Positions 41,001 to 56,000 of a DNA stretch of 64,000 nt are shown here, one piece after another (the first letter of the stretch is position 1; each line of letters begins with the position of its first letter). Source of the stretch: Bugula neritina (taxonomy: Eukaryota > Animalia > Bryozoa); contig CAXIUT010000073.1 in the NCBI GenBank assembly GCA_964035545.1, forward strand, positions 434,001 through 498,000, written 5' to 3'. The notes beneath the pieces were generated by a model. It searched no databases. It worked only from the letters and a program-made list of their open reading frames with translations, and had not been told where the DNA came from. A program made the translations under genes and the position numbers.

Positions 41001-44000
41001 ACGACTGCCATGAACAATGATAAAATATTCATTGTTGGTACTACTGAGTAGAATAAAATATAATATAATATTGTTTTCTGGACAGAAAAGTAATATCAAA
41101 TGCATATTATAACTTACCATAAATCTACAGTGCTTCACATCTTCACCTTTTCCTGCAATTTTATTTCTTTGCAGTTAGAAGTAGTAGCTGAATATATGAC
41201 GATGAAACATAACCCTTCAATTTCATTGCACCAGCACCAGTTGCAAGATAGGTGTGTTGGGAGTTATCTTTCCTAAAAATTTGTTCTTGGTGTTTATACG
41301 AAGCAGACACAGGCTAATATTAGTTTTGTTATTTGCAAGAGTTTTTCTGTCTGATTGTCCATCAGCAAAAGTTTGCGCCTTGCAGTTATTATGAAAATAC
41401 CAGTGATGCTGGAAGACCTTTGCATTGTACACCCGCCTTTACTATTGAATTTAGATGTTTTATTTTCCCATCCCCTCTCCTGCCCCCCTGTCCCCTCTAA
41501 CAACCAGCAATCTTGACTCATGTGAATTTTGTTATTGTTCTAGAGTTGGCCCATGGGCCTACAGTATACGATTTGAAACTTTATAGTTTACAGGCAGTCG
41601 AGATGAGTCAGTGCTGAAACCCATTTTATTAGTAGACTATATTGCTCTTCAATAATCAGTTTTCATATTAAAAGAGAAAGCTCATCTGCAGCGCCATTTT
41701 ACAGTGTTATATTTTGCCAGAGCAATAACTAATTTTAGATGCCTTTGCAAACATATGAGAAATAAATGAGTCATTCTATGAAAAGAGGTGTTTGCAGCAC
41801 TTGTCCACTTTTGATTTACACGCGGCATGGAAACTTTTGTAGTTTTAAATAATGTCTCCAAATTCATCACTTGCATGTGTTTAGATACTTGATGAAAATT
41901 TTTATGCAAAACTTGATGCCTGCTTCAAAGACACCAGTGCTTAATTACTGTGTTAACTGTATTGGCACGTTGCCATGAGATATTTGGTAATATTTCGCAT
42001 CACAACAAACTCTTCAGAAAGTTGAGAAAATCAGTCTAGAAAGTTAATGAAATAAACCTACCAGAGAGAGTAAGCCAGATGTAACAAGTAGATCCAAAAC
42101 AAGTTGATAAACAATTGAAGTTGAAGTCTCCATGTAGTCAACACGTTAGTCCTAATGTCAAATGCAAACGTCTGCAACCAAACTGTGTAGACTTCATAAG
42201 CTGGTTAGCTGACAGGGGAGATTGAAGTTCTTAACTCTTGTGTGTATAGTGATGCCCATCTTGAACCAGAGATGGCTGACTGAAGACTGCTACTTTGTGA
42301 AAATTGACAATGCATATTATTATTATTCATTGTTGAGATTCACGACTGCCATAAACAATGATAAAATATTCATTGTTGGTACTACTGAGTAGAATAAAAT
42401 ATAATATAATATTATTTTCTGGACAGATAAATAATATCAAATGCATATTATAACTTACCATAAATATACAGTGCTTCACATCTTCACCTTTTTCTGCAAT
42501 GTTATTTCTTTGCAGTTAGAAGTACTAGCTGAATATATGACTATGAAACATAACCCTTCAATTTCATTGCACCAGCACCAGTTGCAAGATAGGTGTATTG
42601 AGAGTTATCTTTCCCAAAATTTTGTTCTTGGTGTTTATACGAAGCAGACACAGGCTAATATTAGTTTTGTTATTTGCAAGAGTTTTTCTGTCTGATTGTC
42701 CATCAGCAAAAGTTTGCGCCTTGCAGTTATTATGGAAATACCAGTGATGCTGGAAGACCTTTGCATTGTACACCCGCCTTGACTATTGAAGTTAGATGTT
42801 TTATTTTCCCATCCCCTCTCCCGCCCCCCTGTCCCCTCTAACAACCGGCAATCCTGACTCATGTGAATTGTGTTATTGTTCTAGAGTTGGCCCATGGGCC
42901 TACAGTATACGATTTGAAGCTTTATAGTTTACAGGCAGTCGAGATGAGTCACTGCTGAAACCCATTTTATTAGTAGACTATATTGCTCTTCAATCATCAG
43001 TTTTCATATTAAAACAGAAAGCTCATCTGCAGCGCCATTTCACAGTGTTATATTTTGCTAGAGCAATAACTAATTTTAGATGCCTTTGCAAACATATGAG
43101 AAATAAATGAGTCATTCTATGAAAAGAGGTGTTTGCAGCACTTGTCCACTTTTGATTTACACGCGGCATCGAAACTTTTGTAGTTTTAAATAATGTCTCC
43201 AAATTCATCACTTGCATGTGTTTAGATACTTGATGAAAATGTTTATGCAAAATTTGATGCCTGCTTCAAAGACACCAGTGCTTAATTACTGTGTTAACTG
43301 TATTGGCACGTTGCCATGAGATATTTGGTAATATTTCGCATCACAACAAACTCTTCAGAAAGTTAAGAAAATCAGTCTAGAAAGTTAATGAAATAAACCT
43401 ACCAGAGAGAGTAAGCCAGATGTAACAAGTAGATCCAAAACAAGTTGATTAACAATTGAAGTTGAAGTCTCGATGTAGTCAACACTTTAGTCCTAACGTC
43501 AAATGCTAACGTCTGCAACCAAACTGTGAAGACTTCATGAGCTGGTTAGCTGACAGGACACATTAAAGTTCTTAACTCTTGTGTGTATAGTGATGCCCAT
43601 CTTGAACTAGAGAGGGCTGACTGAAGACTGCTACTTTGTGAAAATTGACAATGCATATTATTATTATTCATTGTTGAGATTCACGACTGCCATAAACAAT
43701 GATAAAATATTCATTGTTGGTACTACTGAGTAGAATAAAATATAATATAATATTGTTTTCTGGACAGAAAAGTAATATCAAATGCATATTATAACTTACC
43801 ATAAATCTACAGTGCTTCACATCTTCACCTTTTCCTGCAATTTTATTTCTTTGCAGTTAGAAGTAGTAGCTGAATATATGACGATGAAACATAACCCTTC
43901 AATTTCATTGCACCAGCACCAGTTGCAAGATAGGTGTGTTGGGAGTTATCTTTCCTAAAAATTTGTTCTTGGTGTTTATACGAAGCAGACACAGGCTAAT

Positions 44001-47000
44001 ATTAGTTTTGTTATTTGCAAGAGTTTTCCTGTCTGATTTTCCATCAGCAAAAGTTTGCGCCTTGCAGTTATTATGAAAATACCAGTGATGCTGGAAGACC
44101 TTTGCATTGTACACCCGCCTTTACTATTGAATTTAGATGTTTTATTTTCCCATCCCCTCTCCTGCCCCCCTATCCCCTCTAACAACCAGCAATCTTGACT
44201 CATGTGAATTTTGTTATTGTTCTAGAGTTGGCCCATGGGCCTACAGTATACGATTTGAAACTTTATAGTTTACAGGCAGTCGAGATGAGTCAGTGCTGAA
44301 ACCCATTTTATTAGTAGACTATATTGCTCTTCAATAATCAGTTTTCATATTAAAAGAGAAAGCTCATCTGCAGCGCCATTTTACAGTGTTATATTTTGCC
44401 AGAGCAATAACTAATTTTAGATGCCTTTGCAAACATATGAGAAATAAATGAGTCATTCTATGAAAAGAGGTGTTTGCAGCACTTGTCCACTTTTGATTTA
44501 CACGCGGCATGGAAACTTTTGTAGTTTTAAATAATGTCTCCAAATTCATCACTTGCATGTGTTTAGATACTTGATGAAAATTTTTATGCAAAACTTGATG
44601 CCTGCTTCAAAGACACCAGTGCTTAATTACTGTGTTAACTGTATTGGCACGTTGCCATGAGATATTTGGTAATATTTCGCATCACAACAAACTCTTCAGA
44701 AAGTTGAGAAAATCAGTCTAGAAAGTTAATGAAATAAACCTACCAGAGAGAGTAAGCCAGATGTAACAAGTAGATCCAAAACAAGTTGATAAACAATTGA
44801 AGTTGAAGTCTCCATGTAGTCAACACGTTAGTCCTAATGTCAAATGCAAACGTCTGCAACCAAACTGTGTAGACTTCATAAGCTGGTTAGCTGACAGGGG
44901 AGATTGAAGTTCTTAACTCTTGTGTGTATAGTGATGCCCATCTTGAACCAGAGATGGCTGACTGAAGACTGCTACTTTGTGAAAATTGACAATGCATATT
45001 ATTATTATTCATTGTTGAGATTCACGACTGCCATAAACAATGATAAAATATTCATTGTTGGTACTACTGAGTAGAATAAAATATAATATAATATTATTTT
45101 CTGGACAGATAAATAATATCAAATGCATATTATAACTTACCATAAATATACAGTGCTTCACATCTTCACCTTTTTCTGCAATGTTATTTCTTTGCAGTTA
45201 GAAGTACTAGCTGAATATGTGACTATGAAACATAACCCTTCAATTTCATTGCACCAGCACCAGTTGCAAGATAGGTGTATTGAGAGTTATCTTTCCCAAA
45301 ATTTTGTTCTTGGTGTTTATACGAAGCAGACACAGGCTAATATTAGTTTTGTTATTTGCAAGAGTTTTTCTGTCTGATTGTCCATCAGCAAAAGTTTGCG
45401 CCTTGCAGTTATTATGGAAATACCAGTGATGCTGGAAGACCTTTGCATTGTACACCCGCCTTGACTATTGAAGTTAGATGTTTTATTTTCCCATCCCCTC
45501 TCCCGCCCCCCTGTCCCCTCTAACAACCGGCAATCCTGACTCATGTGAATTGTGTTATTGTTCTAGAGTTGGCCCATGGGCCTACAGTATACGATTTGAA
45601 GCTTTATAGTTTACAGGCAGTCGAGATGAGTCACTGCTGAAACCCATTTTATTAGTAGACTATATTGCTCTTCAATCATCAGTTTTCATATTAAAACAGA
45701 AAGCTCATCTGCAGCGCCATTTCACAGTGTTATATTTTGCTAGAGCAATAACTAATTTTAGATGCCTTTGCAAACATATGAGAAATAAATGAGTCATTCT
45801 ATGAAAAGAGGTGTTTGCAGCACTTGTCCACTTTTGATTTACACGCGGCATCGAAACTTTTGTAGTTTTAAATAATGTCTCCAAATTCATCACTTGCATG
45901 TGTTTAGATACTTGATGAAAATGTTTATGCAAAATTTGATGCCTGCTTCAAAGACACCAGTGCTTAATTACTGTGTTAACTGTATTGGCACGTTGCCATG
46001 AGATATTTGGTAATATTTCGCATCACAACAAACTCTTCAGAAAGTTACGAAAATCAGTCTAGAAAGTTAATGAAATAAACCTACCAGAGAGAGTAAGCCA
46101 GATGTAACAAGTAGATCCAAAACAAGTTGATTAACAATTGAAGTTGAAGTCTCGATGTAGTCAACACTTTAGTCCTAACGTCAAATGCTAACGTCTGCAA
46201 CCAAACTGTGAAGACTTCATGAGCTGGTTAGCTGACAGGACACATTAAAGTTCTTAACTCTTGTGTCTATAGTGATGCCCATCTTGAACTAGAGAGGGCT
46301 GACTGAAGACTGCTACTTTGTGAAAATTGACAATGCATATTACTATTATTCATTGTTGAGATTCACGACTGCCATGAACAATGATAAAATATTCATTGTT
46401 GGTACTACTGAGTAGAATAAAATATAATATAATATTGTTTTCTGGACAGAAAAGTAATATCAAATGCATATTATAACTTACCATAAATCTACAGTGCTTC
46501 ACATCTTCACCTTTTCCTGCAATTTTATTTCTTTGCAGTTAGAAGTAGTAGCTGAATATATGACGATGAAACATAACCCTTCAATTTCATTGCACCAGCA
46601 CCAGTTGCAAGATAGGTGTGTTGGGAGTTATCTTTCCTAAAAATTTGTTCTTGGTGTTTATACGAAGCAGACACAGGCTAATATTAGTTTTGTTATTTGC
46701 AAGAGTTTTTCTGTCTGATTGTCCATCAGCAAAAGTTTGCGCCTTGCAGTTATTATGAAAATACCAGTGATGCTGGAAGACCTTTGCATTGTACACCCGC
46801 CTTTACTATTGAATTTAGATGTTTTATTTTCCCATCCCCTCTCCTGCCCCCCTGTCCCCTCTAACAACCAGCAATCTTGACTCATGTGAATTTTGTTATT
46901 GTTCTAGAGTTGGCCCATGGGCCTACAGTATACGATTTGAAACTTTATAGTTTACAGGCAGTCGAGATGAGTCAGTGCTGAAACCCATTTTATTAGTAGA

Positions 47001-50000
47001 CTATATTGCTCTTCAATAATCAGTTTTCATATTAAAAGAGAAAGCTCATCTGCAGCGCCATTTTACAGTGTTATATTTTGCCAGAGCAATAACTAATTTT
47101 AGATGCCTTTGCAAACATATGAGAAATAAATGAGTCATTCTATGAAAAGAGGTGTTTGCAGCACTTGTCCACTTTTGATTTACACGCGGCATGGAAACTT
47201 TTGTAGTTTTAAATAATGTCTCCAAATTCATCACTTGCATGTGTTTAGATACTTGATGAAAATTTTTATGCAAAACTTGATGCCTGCTTCAAAGACACCA
47301 GTGCTTAATTACTGTGTTAACTGTATTGGCACGTTGCCATGAGATATTTGGTAATATTTCGCATCACAACAAACTCTTCAGAAAGTTGAGAAAATCAGTC
47401 TAGAAAGTTAATGAAATAAACCTACCAGAGAGAGTAAGCCAGATGTAACAAGTAGATCCAAAACAAGTTGATAAACAATTGAAGTTGAAGTCTCCATGTA
47501 GTCAACACGTTAGTCCTAATGTCAAATGCAAACGTCTGCAACCAAACTGTGTAGACTTCATAAGCTGGTTAGCTGACAGGGGAGATTGAAGTTCTTAACT
47601 CTTGTGTGTATAGTGATGCCCATCTTGAACCAGAGATGGCTGACTGAAGACTGCTACTTTGTGAAAATTGACAATGCATATTATTATTATTCATTGTTGA
47701 GATTCACGACTGCCATAAACAATGATAAAATATTCATTGTTGGTACTACTGAGTAGAATAAAATATAATATAATATTATTTTCTGGACAGATAAATAATA
47801 TCAAATGCATATTATAACTTACCATAAATATACAGTGCTTCACATCTTCACCTTTTTCTGCAATGTTATTTCTTTGCAGTTAGAAGTACTAGCTGAATAT
47901 ATGACTATGAAACATAACCCTTCAATTTCATTGCACCAGCACCAGTTGCAAGATAGGTGTATTGAGAGTTATCTTTCCCAAAATTTTGTTCTTGGTGTTT
48001 ATACGAAGCAGACACAGGCTAATATTAGTTTTGTTATTTGCAAGAGTTTTTCTGTCTGATTGTCCATCAGCAAAAGTTTGCGCCTTGCAGTTATTATGGA
48101 AATACCAGTGATGCTGGAAGACCTTTGCATTGTACACCCGCCTTGACTATTGAAGTTAGATGTTTTATTTTCCCATCCCCTCTCCCGCCCCCCTGTCCCC
48201 TCTAACAACCGGCAATCCTGACTCATGTGAATTGTGTTATTGTTCTAGAGTTGGCCCATGGGCCTACAGTATACGATTTGAAGCTTTATAGTTTACAGGC
48301 AGTCGAGATGAGTCACTGCTGAAACCCATTTTATTAGTAGACTATATTGCTCTTCAATCATCAGTTTTCATATTAAAACAGAAAGCTCATCTGCAGCGCC
48401 ATTTCACAGTGTTATATTTTGCTAGAGCAATAACTAATTTTAGATGCCTTTGCAAACATATGAGAAATAAATGAGTCATTCTATGAAAAGAGGTGTTTGC
48501 AGCACTTGTCCACTTTTGATTTACACGCGGCATCGAAACTTTTGTAGTTTTAAATAATGTCTCCAAATTCATCACTTGCATGTGTTTAGATACTTGATGA
48601 AAATGTTTATGCAAAATTTGATGCCTGCTTCAAAGACACCAGTGCTTAATTACTGTGTTAACTGTATTGGCACGTTGCCATGAGATATTTGGTAATATTT
48701 CGCATCACAACAAACTCTTCAGAAAGTTAAGAAAATCAGTCTAGAAAGTTAATGAAATAAACCTACCAGAGAGAGTAAGCCAGATGTAACAAGTAGATCC
48801 AAAACAAGTTGATTAACAATTGAAGTTGAAGTCTCGATGTAGTCAACACTTTAGTCCTAACGTCAAATGCTAACGTCTGCAACCAAACTGTGAAGACTTC
48901 ATGAGCTGGTTAGCTGACAGGACACATTAAAGTTCTTAACTCTTGTGTGTATAGTGATGCCCATCTTGAACTAGAGAGGGCTGACTGAAGACTGCTACTT
49001 TGTGAAAATTGACAATGCATATTATTATTATTCATTGTTGAGATTCACGACTGCCATAAACAATGATAAAATATTCATTGTTGGTACTACTGAGTAGAAT
49101 AAAATATAATATAATATTGTTTTCTGGACAGAAAAGTAATATCAAATGCATATTATAACTTACCATAAATCTACAGTGCTTCACATCTTCACCTTTTCCT
49201 GCAATTTTATTTCTTTGCAGTTAGAAGTAGTAGCTGAATATATGACGATGAAACATAACCCTTCAATTTCATTGCACCAGCACCAGTTGCAAGATAGGTG
49301 TGTTGGGAGTTATCTTTCCTAAAAATTTGTTCTTGGTGTTTATACGAAGCAGACACAGGCTAATATTAGTTTTGTTATTTGCAAGAGTTTTCCTGTCTGA
49401 TTTTCCATCAGCAAAAGTTTGCGCCTTGCAGTTATTATGAAAATACCAGTGATGCTGGAAGACCTTTGCATTGTACACCCGCCTTTACTATTGAATTTAG
49501 ATGTTTTATTTTCCCATCCCCTCTCCTGCCCCCCTATCCCCTCTAACAACCAGCAATCTTGACTCATGTGAATTTTGTTATTGTTCTAGAGTTGGCCCAT
49601 GGGCCTACAGTATACGATTTGAAACTTTATAGTTTACAGGCAGTCGAGATGAGTCAGTGCTGAAACCCATTTTATTAGTAGACTATATTGCTCTTCAATA
49701 ATCAGTTTTCATATTAAAAGAGAAAGCTCATCTGCAGCGCCATTTTACAGTGTTATATTTTGCCAGAGCAATAACTAATTTTAGATGCCTTTGCAAACAT
49801 ATGAGAAATAAATGAGTCATTCTATGAAAAGAGGTGTTTGCAGCACTTGTCCACTTTTGATTTACACGCGGCATGGAAACTTTTGTAGTTTTAAATAATG
49901 TCTCCAAATTCATCACTTGCATGTGTTTAGATACTTGATGAAAATTTTTATGCAAAACTTGATGCCTGCTTCAAAGACACCAGTGCTTAATTACTGTGTT

Positions 50001-53000
50001 AACTGTATTGGCACGTTGCCATGAGATATTTGGTAATATTTCGCATCACAACAAACTCTTCAGAAAGTTGAGAAAATCAGTCTAGAAAGTTAATGAAATA
50101 AACCTACCAGAGAGAGTAAGCCAGATGTAACAAGTAGATCCAAAACAAGTTGATAAACAATTGAAGTTGAAGTCTCCATGTAGTCAACACGTTAGTCCTA
50201 ATGTCAAATGCAAACGTCTGCAACCAAACTGTGTAGACTTCATAAGCTGGTTAGCTGACAGGGGAGATTGAAGTTCTTAACTCTTGTGTGTATAGTGATG
50301 CCCATCTTGAACCAGAGATGGCTGACTGAAGACTGCTACTTTGTGAAAATTGACAATGCATATTATTATTATTCATTGTTGAGATTCACGACTGCCATAA
50401 ACAATGATAAAATATTCATTGTTGGTACTACTGAGTAGAATAAAATATAATATAATATTATTTTCTGGACAGATAAATAATATCAAATGCATATTATAAC
50501 TTACCATAAATATACAGTGCTTCACATCTTCACCTTTTTCTGCAATGTTATTTCTTTGCAGTTAGAAGTACTAGCTGAATATGTGACTATGAAACATAAC
50601 CCTTCAATTTCATTGCACCAGCACCAGTTGCAAGATAGGTGTATTGAGAGTTATCTTTCCCAAAATTTTGTTCTTGGTGTTTATACGAAGCAGACACAGG
50701 CTAATATTAGTTTTGTTATTTGCAAGAGTTTTTCTGTCTGATTGTCCATCAGCAAAAGTTTGCGCCTTGCAGTTATTATGGAAATACCAGTGATGCTGGA
50801 AGACCTTTGCATTGTACACCCGCCTTGACTATTGAAGTTAGATGTTTTATTTTCCCATCCCCTCTCCCGCCCCCCTGTCCCCTCTAACAACCGGCAATCC
50901 TGACTCATGTGAATTGTGTTATTGTTCTAGAGTTGGCCCATGGGCCTACAGTATACGATTTGAAGCTTTATAGTTTACAGGCAGTCGAGATGAGTCACTG
51001 CTGAAACCCATTTTATTAGTAGACTATATTGCTCTTCAATCATCAGTTTTCATATTAAAACAGAAAGCTCATCTGCAGCGCCATTTCACAGTGTTATATT
51101 TTGCTAGAGCAATAACTAATTTTAGATGCCTTTGCAAACATATGAGAAATAAATGAGTCATTCTATGAAAAGAGGTGTTTGCAGCACTTGTCCACTTTTG
51201 ATTTACACGCGGCATCGAAACTTTTGTAGTTTTAAATAATGTCTCCAAATTCATCACTTGCATGTGTTTAGATACTTGATGAAAATGTTTATGCAAAATT
51301 TGATGCCTGCTTCAAAGACACCAGTGCTTAATTACTGTGTTAACTGTATTGGCACGTTGCCATGAGATATTTGGTAATATTTCGCATCACAACAAACTCT
51401 TCAGAAAGTTACGAAAATCAGTCTAGAAAGTTAATGAAATAAACCTACCAGAGAGAGTAAGCCAGATGTAACAAGTAGATCCAAAACAAGTTGATTAACA
51501 ATTGAAGTTGAAGTCTCGATGTAGTCAACACTTTAGTCCTAACGTCAAATGCTAACGTCTGCAACCAAACTGTGAAGACTTCATGAGCTGGTTAGCTGAC
51601 AGGACACATTAAAGTTCTTAACTCTTGTGTCTATAGTGATGCCCATCTTGAACTAGAGAGGGCTGACTGAAGACTGCTACTTTGTGAAAATTGACAATGC
51701 ATATTACTATTATTCATTGTTGAGATTCACGACTGCCATGAACAATGATAAAATATTCATTGTTGGTACTACTGAGTAGAATAAAATATAATATAATATT
51801 GTTTTCTGGACAGAAAAGTAATATCAAATGCATATTATAACTTACCATAAATCTACAGTGCTTCACATCTTCACCTTTTCCTGCAATTTTATTTCTTTGC
51901 AGTTAGAAGTAGTAGCTGAATATATGACGATGAAACATAACCCTTCAATTTCATTGCACCAGCACCAGTTGCAAGATAGGTGTGTTGGGAGTTATCTTTC
52001 CTAAAAATTTGTTCTTGGTGTTTATACGAAGCAGACACAGGCTAATATTAGTTTTGTTATTTGCAAGAGTTTTTCTGTCTGATTGTCCATCAGCAAAAGT
52101 TTGCGCCTTGCAGTTATTATGAAAATACCAGTGATGCTGGAAGACCTTTGCATTGTACACCCGCCTTTACTATTGAATTTAGATGTTTTATTTTCCCATC
52201 CCCTCTCCTGCCCCCCTGTCCCCTCTAACAACCAGCAATCTTGACTCATGTGAATTTTGTTATTGTTCTAGAGTTGGCCCATGGGCCTACAGTATACGAT
52301 TTGAAACTTTATAGTTTACAGGCAGTCGAGATGAGTCAGTGCTGAAACCCATTTTATTAGTAGACTATATTGCTCTTCAATAATCAGTTTTCATATTAAA
52401 AGAGAAAGCTCATCTGCAGCGCCATTTTACAGTGTTATATTTTGCCAGAGCAATAACTAATTTTAGATGCCTTTGCAAACATATGAGAAATAAATGAGTC
52501 ATTCTATGAAAAGAGGTGTTTGCAGCACTTGTCCACTTTTGATTTACACGCGGCATGGAAACTTTTGTAGTTTTAAATAATGTCTCCAAATTCATCACTT
52601 GCATGTGTTTAGATACTTGATGAAAATTTTTATGCAAAACTTGATGCCTGCTTCAAAGACACCAGTGCTTAATTACTGTGTTAACTGTATTGGCACGTTG
52701 CCATGAGATATTTGGTAATATTTCGCATCACAACAAACTCTTCAGAAAGTTGAGAAAATCAGTCTAGAAAGTTAATGAAATAAACCTACCAGAGAGAGTA
52801 AGCCAGATGTAACAAGTAGATCCAAAACAAGTTGATAAACAATTGAAGTTGAAGTCTCCATGTAGTCAACACGTTAGTCCTAATGTCAAATGCAAACGTC
52901 TGCAACCAAACTGTGTAGACTTCATAAGCTGGTTAGCTGACAGGGGAGATTGAAGTTCTTAACTCTTGTGTGTATAGTGATGCCCATCTTGAACCAGAGA

Positions 53001-56000
53001 TGGCTGACTGAAGACTGCTACTTTGTGAAAATTGACAATGCATATTATTATTATTCATTGTTGAGATTCACGACTGCCATAAACAATGATAAAATATTCA
53101 TTGTTGGTACTACTGAGTAGAATAAAATATAATATAATATTATTTTCTGGACAGATAAATAATATCAAATGCATATTATAACTTACCATAAATATACAGT
53201 GCTTCACATCTTCACCTTTTTCTGCAATGTTATTTCTTTGCAGTTAGAAGTACTAGCTGAATATATGACTATGAAACATAACCCTTCAATTTCATTGCAC
53301 CAGCACCAGTTGCAAGATAGGTGTATTGAGAGTTATCTTTCCCAAAATTTTGTTCTTGGTGTTTATACGAAGCAGACACAGGCTAATATTAGTTTTGTTA
53401 TTTGCAAGAGTTTTTCTGTCTGATTGTCCATCAGCAAAAGTTTGCGCCTTGCAGTTATTATGGAAATACCAGTGATGCTGGAAGACCTTTGCATTGTACA
53501 CCCGCCTTGACTATTGAAGTTAGATGTTTTATTTTCCCATCCCCTCTCCCGCCCCCCTGTCCCCTCTAACAACCGGCAATCCTGACTCATGTGAATTGTG
53601 TTATTGTTCTAGAGTTGGCCCATGGGCCTACAGTATACGATTTGAAGCTTTATAGTTTACAGGCAGTCGAGATGAGTCACTGCTGAAACCCATTTTATTA
53701 GTAGACTATATTGCTCTTCAATCATCAGTTTTCATATTAAAACAGAAAGCTCATCTGCAGCGCCATTTCACAGTGTTATATTTTGCTAGAGCAATAACTA
53801 ATTTTAGATGCCTTTGCAAACATATGAGAAATAAATGAGTCATTCTATGAAAAGAGGTGTTTGCAGCACTTGTCCACTTTTGATTTACACGCGGCATCGA
53901 AACTTTTGTAGTTTTAAATAATGTCTCCAAATTCATCACTTGCATGTGTTTAGATACTTGATGAAAATGTTTATGCAAAATTTGATGCCTGCTTCAAAGA
54001 CACCAGTGCTTAATTACTGTGTTAACTGTATTGGCACGTTGCCATGAGATATTTGGTAATATTTCGCATCACAACAAACTCTTCAGAAAGTTAAGAAAAT
54101 CAGTCTAGAAAGTTAATGAAATAAACCTACCAGAGAGAGTAAGCCAGATGTAACAAGTAGATCCAAAACAAGTTGATTAACAATTGAAGTTGAAGTCTCG
54201 ATGTAGTCAACACTTTAGTCCTAACGTCAAATGCTAACGTCTGCAACCAAACTGTGAAGACTTCATGAGCTGGTTAGCTGACAGGACACATTAAAGTTCT
54301 TAACTCTTGTGTGTATAGTGATGCCCATCTTGAACTAGAGAGGGCTGACTGAAGACTGCTACTTTGTGAAAATTGACAATGCATATTATTATTATTCATT
54401 GTTGAGATTCACGACTGCCATAAACAATGATAAAATATTCATTGTTGGTACTACTGAGTAGAATAAAATATAATATAATATTGTTTTCTGGACAGAAAAG
54501 TAATATCAAATGCATATTATAACTTACCATAAATCTACAGTGCTTCACATCTTCACCTTTTCCTGCAATTTTATTTCTTTGCAGTTAGAAGTAGTAGCTG
54601 AATATATGACGATGAAACATAACCCTTCAATTTCATTGCACCAGCACCAGTTGCAAGATAGGTGTGTTGGGAGTTATCTTTCCTAAAAATTTGTTCTTGG
54701 TGTTTATACGAAGCAGACACAGGCTAATATTAGTTTTGTTATTTGCAAGAGTTTTCCTGTCTGATTTTCCATCAGCAAAAGTTTGCGCCTTGCAGTTATT
54801 ATGAAAATACCAGTGATGCTGGAAGACCTTTGCATTGTACACCCGCCTTTACTATTGAATTTAGATGTTTTATTTTCCCATCCCCTCTCCTGCCCCCCTA
54901 TCCCCTCTAACAACCAGCAATCTTGACTCATGTGAATTTTGTTATTGTTCTAGAGTTGGCCCATGGGCCTACAGTATACGATTTGAAACTTTATAGTTTA
55001 CAGGCAGTCGAGATGAGTCAGTGCTGAAACCCATTTTATTAGTAGACTATATTGCTCTTCAATAATCAGTTTTCATATTAAAAGAGAAAGCTCATCTGCA
55101 GCGCCATTTTACAGTGTTATATTTTGCCAGAGCAATAACTAATTTTAGATGCCTTTGCAAACATATGAGAAATAAATGAGTCATTCTATGAAAAGAGGTG
55201 TTTGCAGCACTTGTCCACTTTTGATTTACACGCGGCATGGAAACTTTTGTAGTTTTAAATAATGTCTCCAAATTCATCACTTGCATGTGTTTAGATACTT
55301 GATGAAAATTTTTATGCAAAACTTGATGCCTGCTTCAAAGACACCAGTGCTTAATTACTGTGTTAACTGTATTGGCACGTTGCCATGAGATATTTGGTAA
55401 TATTTCGCATCACAACAAACTCTTCAGAAAGTTGAGAAAATCAGTCTAGAAAGTTAATGAAATAAACCTACCAGAGAGAGTAAGCCAGATGTAACAAGTA
55501 GATCCAAAACAAGTTGATAAACAATTGAAGTTGAAGTCTCCATGTAGTCAACACGTTAGTCCTAATGTCAAATGCAAACGTCTGCAACCAAACTGTGTAG
55601 ACTTCATAAGCTGGTTAGCTGACAGGGGAGATTGAAGTTCTTAACTCTTGTGTGTATAGTGATGCCCATCTTGAACCAGAGATGGCTGACTGAAGACTGC
55701 TACTTTGTGAAAATTGACAATGCATATTATTATTATTCATTGTTGAGATTCACGACTGCCATAAACAATGATAAAATATTCATTGTTGGTACTACTGAGT
55801 AGAATAAAATATAATATAATATTATTTTCTGGACAGATAAATAATATCAAATGCATATTATAACTTACCATAAATATACAGTGCTTCACATCTTCACCTT
55901 TTTCTGCAATGTTATTTCTTTGCAGTTAGAAGTACTAGCTGAATATGTGACTATGAAACATAACCCTTCAATTTCATTGCACCAGCACCAGTTGCAAGAT